From the NCBI GenBank assembly GCA_043718025.1, contig JAYSWN010000224.1:1-17601 (forward strand): DNA of 17,601 bases. The letters are read 5' to 3'. Position numbers and translations under genes: made by a program. The notes beneath the pieces are model-generated. The model did not search any database. It was not told the DNA's origin and saw only the letters and a program-made list of their open reading frames with translations. Below, piece by piece: positions 15,907 through 17,601 of this stretch. The stretch comes from Pseudomonadota bacterium (GTDB lineage: Bacteria > Bdellovibrionota > FAC87 > UBA2466). The first letter of the stretch is position 1. Each line of letters opens with the position of its first letter.

Positions 15907-16290
15907 TCAGAAAGTGGGATTCCCCTTAGCGTTCCAAATCCGATTCCCACGGGCAGTCTTCTTAGTGTTTCCCGATCGCCATTGCGCATCGCACCAGTCG
16001 TATTGAGCATCGCAGCAGTCTTTCACCAGTGTCACGGTAGTTACCGTGTTGGCAGGCGCATTACATATCTCCGAATTATTCGACCAGAAGTCCGCTTTTT
16101 CACCCTTTCTTAACCAACCGCCTGCTCCTGTTCTGATCTCCAGCTCAACTCCGCACTGTATCCGGTTGGGCGACGAGGAGAGATTTACAATGTGAAGCAA
16201 CCTTACTTCAGCTTTAAATGGCGGGGGCAAGCCGCCGCATCGTGCGAAAGCCGCTAACGGTAAGAAGATCCAAAAAAGAAAACGTTTCAT
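15907..16290 (-). CDS. Secreted Cys-rich hypothetical protein
   Basis: Signal peptide MKRFLFWIFLPLAAFA; six Cys. Confidence 0.65.
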   Translation of the reverse strand: MKRFLFWIFLPLAAFARCGGLPPPFKAEVRLLHIVNLSSSPNRIQCGVELEIRTGAGGWLRKGEKADFWSNNSEICNAPANTVTTVTLVKDCCDAQYDWCDAQWRSGNTKKTARGNRIWNAKGNPTF

Positions 16291-16337
16291 AAAAACTTCT
16301 CACTCGGTGGACTGAAATAGGATCGATCCGATTCAAC

Positions 16338-16811
16338 TCAATATAAGCTACCGTCTTTGCGCGAGAAGCGCGCCTTGCCGTCGGGACCCTTTGAATACAT
16401 CAAATCGTCATCTGGATACTCCGCTGCATCTTGAGGGTCGCGGTTGCTCATTTCGAGGTAACGGGCGACCTTGGTTCCGAGATTGATGAGTTGATGGCCG
16501 TTCTTTAGGCCGGCGGGAAAGCCGGCACTCATCCCGGGCGTTAAGAGCTGCTCACCCTCATCCGTACGCAGCACGACTTCGCCTTCCAGTACAAAGACAA
16601 ACTCGTCTTCACGAGTGTGCCAGTGGCGCATCGCCGACTTCTTGCCCGGAGGTAAGGTGGTCAGATTTATCCCAACCTTCGTAAGCCCCAGCGCGTCTCC
16701 GAGGGCCCGCTTTTCACGCGGAATAACCTGGCTTCGGAACGGTTCGGGATATCCTGAGCCCGTGCGGGCGATGACCTCGTTGCTATCTAGAGCTGGCGGT
16801 TTGAGTTTCAT
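16338..16811 (-). CDS. Cupin-domain protein
   Basis: GSGYPEPF, SAMRHWHTREDEFVFVLEGE, GFPAG…GHQLIN, EYPDDDL; likely start MKLKPP. Confidence 0.92.
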   Translation of the reverse strand: MKLKPPALDSNEVIARTGSGYPEPFRSQVIPREKRALGDALGLTKVGINLTTLPPGKKSAMRHWHTREDEFVFVLEGEVVLRTDEGEQLLTPGMSAGFPAGLKNGHQLINLGTKVARYLEMSNRDPQDAAEYPDDDLMYSKGPDGKARFSRKDGSLY

Positions 16812-16886
16812 TTGGATGTTCCACATTCTAGCTTTTTTTCTGATTTCTTGAACATAGCGCGGAAATATAGCTAAGATCATCCAGAA

Positions 16887-17462
16887 ATGAACTACGAGAT
16901 CGTTCTCGACCACGGGGAAACCGCAAATAAGTGCACGATCACTCCCCTGCGGGAGCGATCCGATTTTAAATTTTTTCCGGTGTTTGGCCAAGGCCCCTTG
17001 GGGCCACTTCGTGCGCCGATACTGTTGCACCCCGACGGCAAGTGCCTGACCAATATCGATCGCGTCCTACCCGTTACGGCCCTAGCGAGCGTGGATTGCG
17101 TTTGGCGTCGCCTGCCTAAAATCCTGACACGACTTAGCTGGGTTAGCGCGCCACCGGTGCTCGCGAAAGTGCCAGACGGATTCGTTACCGCGTACCCGCG
17201 CAGGGGAAGGCCTTCGGCCGATCCAGAGGGTGGTCTGGCTACCATCGAGGCCCTTTTCATCGCCGCGGCGCTGCTCGGAAACTGGGACGTGTCGCTACTG
17301 TCTCGCTACTATTTCGGCAGAGCTTTCGTGAAACGCAACGCAAAACAATTCATGGCTTTCGGGGTACCGCAGGGGGAAGAGGAAACGCAGTGGCCGCCGC
17401 AGCTCCAGCCGCAAAGAAATTCAGAGAGCCGAAACAGGAACCGCGGGCGGCTCTCAACTTAA
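16887..17462 (+). CDS. Tsr3/DUF367-like (TDD superfamily) aminocarboxypropyltransferase homolog
   Basis: DHGE…KCT, LLHP, VDCVW, TAYPR, LATIEALF…LG, YYFGRAFVKRN parallel the Tsr3 motifs. Confidence 0.75.
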   Translation: MNYEIVLDHGETANKCTITPLRERSDFKFFPVFGQGPLGPLRAPILLHPDGKCLTNIDRVLPVTALASVDCVWRRLPKILTRLSWVSAPPVLAKVPDGFVTAYPRRGRPSADPEGGLATIEALFIAAALLGNWDVSLLSRYYFGRAFVKRNAKQFMAFGVPQGEEETQWPPQLQPQRNSESRNRNRGRLST

Positions 17463-17601
17463 GATCGAAATCGGTGCGTGAGCAAAGAGGCTTCGGACTA
17501 GTCCCGTCCATCCCGCCACACACTTTCTTGTTTCACGGACTTGGCAAGTTCCGATTCTAGCTTCAGCGCGAGGTTGCCGGCGTCTGCGTAGAAAGGTGCC
17601 C

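Noticed and set aside
16812..17030. N-terminal extension of the cupin ORF
   Set aside because: Overlaps the divergent Tsr3-like gene; family similarity begins near 16811

Overview
Bacterial accessory region of moderate GC. Many small secreted orphans and the integrase style suggest Bdellovibrionota/Oligoflexia, but that is inference only. The left flank carries a standalone KOW-Smr protein, crcB and a small general-stress cluster (lmo0937-like, DUF883-like, CsbD, internally deleted cupin). The centre (~3800-10600) is the main feature: three ~150-160 bp direct repeats plus a partial fourth. Each full copy carries, on the minus strand, the 3' end of a tRNA-Ser (…TCTCTCTCTCTCCGCCA), a 13-6-13 palindrome, 10-bp-phased TTACCG boxes and TGGCCAGG boxes. 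The repeats separate cargo modules: (A) secreted TIGR02996+LRR protein; (B) HigBA-like TA, membrane protein, DUF6973/DUF3892-like protein and a tyrosine integrase; (C) DUF6036-like nucleotidyltransferase plus HTH partner. This looks like a tRNA-derived att-site cassette array or tandem island graveyard, and no intact tRNA was found in the window. The right flank has a secreted hydrolase, lipoprotein, YdeI, Rieske-flavodoxin fusion, RNase HI, a secreted JAB-motif protein, DUF4833, cupin and a bacterial Tsr3-like protein. Several short REP-like repeats are dispersed through intergenic DNA. All family calls come from motif recognition by eye; no searches were run.
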